The position numbers were made by a program, and so were the translations under genes. Below the pieces are notes generated by a model, which worked only from the letters and a program-made list of their open reading frames with translations, did no database searches and had not been told where the DNA came from. Below, piece by piece: positions 63,930 to 64,000 of a stretch of 64,000 nucleotides of DNA; within the stretch, counting starts at the first letter, position 1, and every line of letters begins with the position of its first letter. The stretch lies in contig CM000435.1 of NCBI GenBank assembly GCA_000165345.1, positions 768,001 to 832,000 on the forward strand, in the 5' to 3' direction.

Positions 63930-64000
63930 AGATATTTTTTCAATGTTTGTGCTTGCACTATAATTAAATTTGTAGTTGTAATCGTTGATCCCATCGCACG

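Noticed and set aside
1-64000. Prokaryotic-type systems such as defence islands, CRISPR arrays, operons or IS elements, considered because of the 'undescribed system' hint
   Set aside because: Gene content (proteasome, APC3, PRMT5, LSm7, MPP10, LEO1, crooked neck), spliceosomal introns and a KRDEL-tailed HSP90 are unambiguously eukaryotic nuclear. No direct-repeat/spacer arrays, Shine-Dalgarno-led operons, transposase ORFs or terminal inverted repeats were seen.}]}

Overview
This is a gene-dense, AT-rich (roughly 25-30% GC by eye) eukaryotic nuclear segment, not a prokaryotic island. It carries about 38 protein-coding genes on both strands, uses the standard stop codons, and has short intergenic spacers, often under 150 bp and several with overlapping gene ends. 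Proteins are N/K/I/S-rich with low-complexity inserts. Only a few genes are interrupted, and the introns I could model are tiny (43-47 nt) with GTAAGT/GTAGGT donors and YAG acceptors. This style and the gene content are inferred to resemble a Cryptosporidium-like apicomplexan chromosome; I cannot confirm the species without a database search. Recognisable products include: ER HSP90/GRP94 ending in KRDEL, proteasome alpha-2, PRMT5, two PP2C phosphatases, a Ser/Thr kinase, a secreted patatin-like phospholipase, a DDX11/Chl1 helicase, a COASY-type PPAT-domain protein, LSm7, MPP10, LTV1, LEO1, crooked-neck/Clf1, CDC27/APC3, KLHDC4, a Trf4/Cid1-type nucleotidyltransferase, an NAD(P)HX dehydratase, a DP (E2F partner) transcription factor, an SNF5-like protein, an MFS transporter, a TBC RabGAP (partial at the window edge) and a ribosomal-L1-domain protein. 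The most useful observations are annotation-level. The ORF-only track misses or truncates at least four spliced genes: three-exon LSm7, two-exon DDX11, a two-exon PPAT-like gene that fuses two track ORFs, and a two-exon gene at 62 kb. Several track N-termini begin at non-ATG codons (TTG/GTG), which I re-set to the first ATG. Also notable are a secreted Cys-rich protein built of 24-nt/8-aa tandem repeats, GGCGC-core (E2F-like) motifs upstream of many genes alongside a DP gene, and three unusually long ORF-free AT-rich stretches. I found no rRNA, tRNA, CRISPR or transposon.
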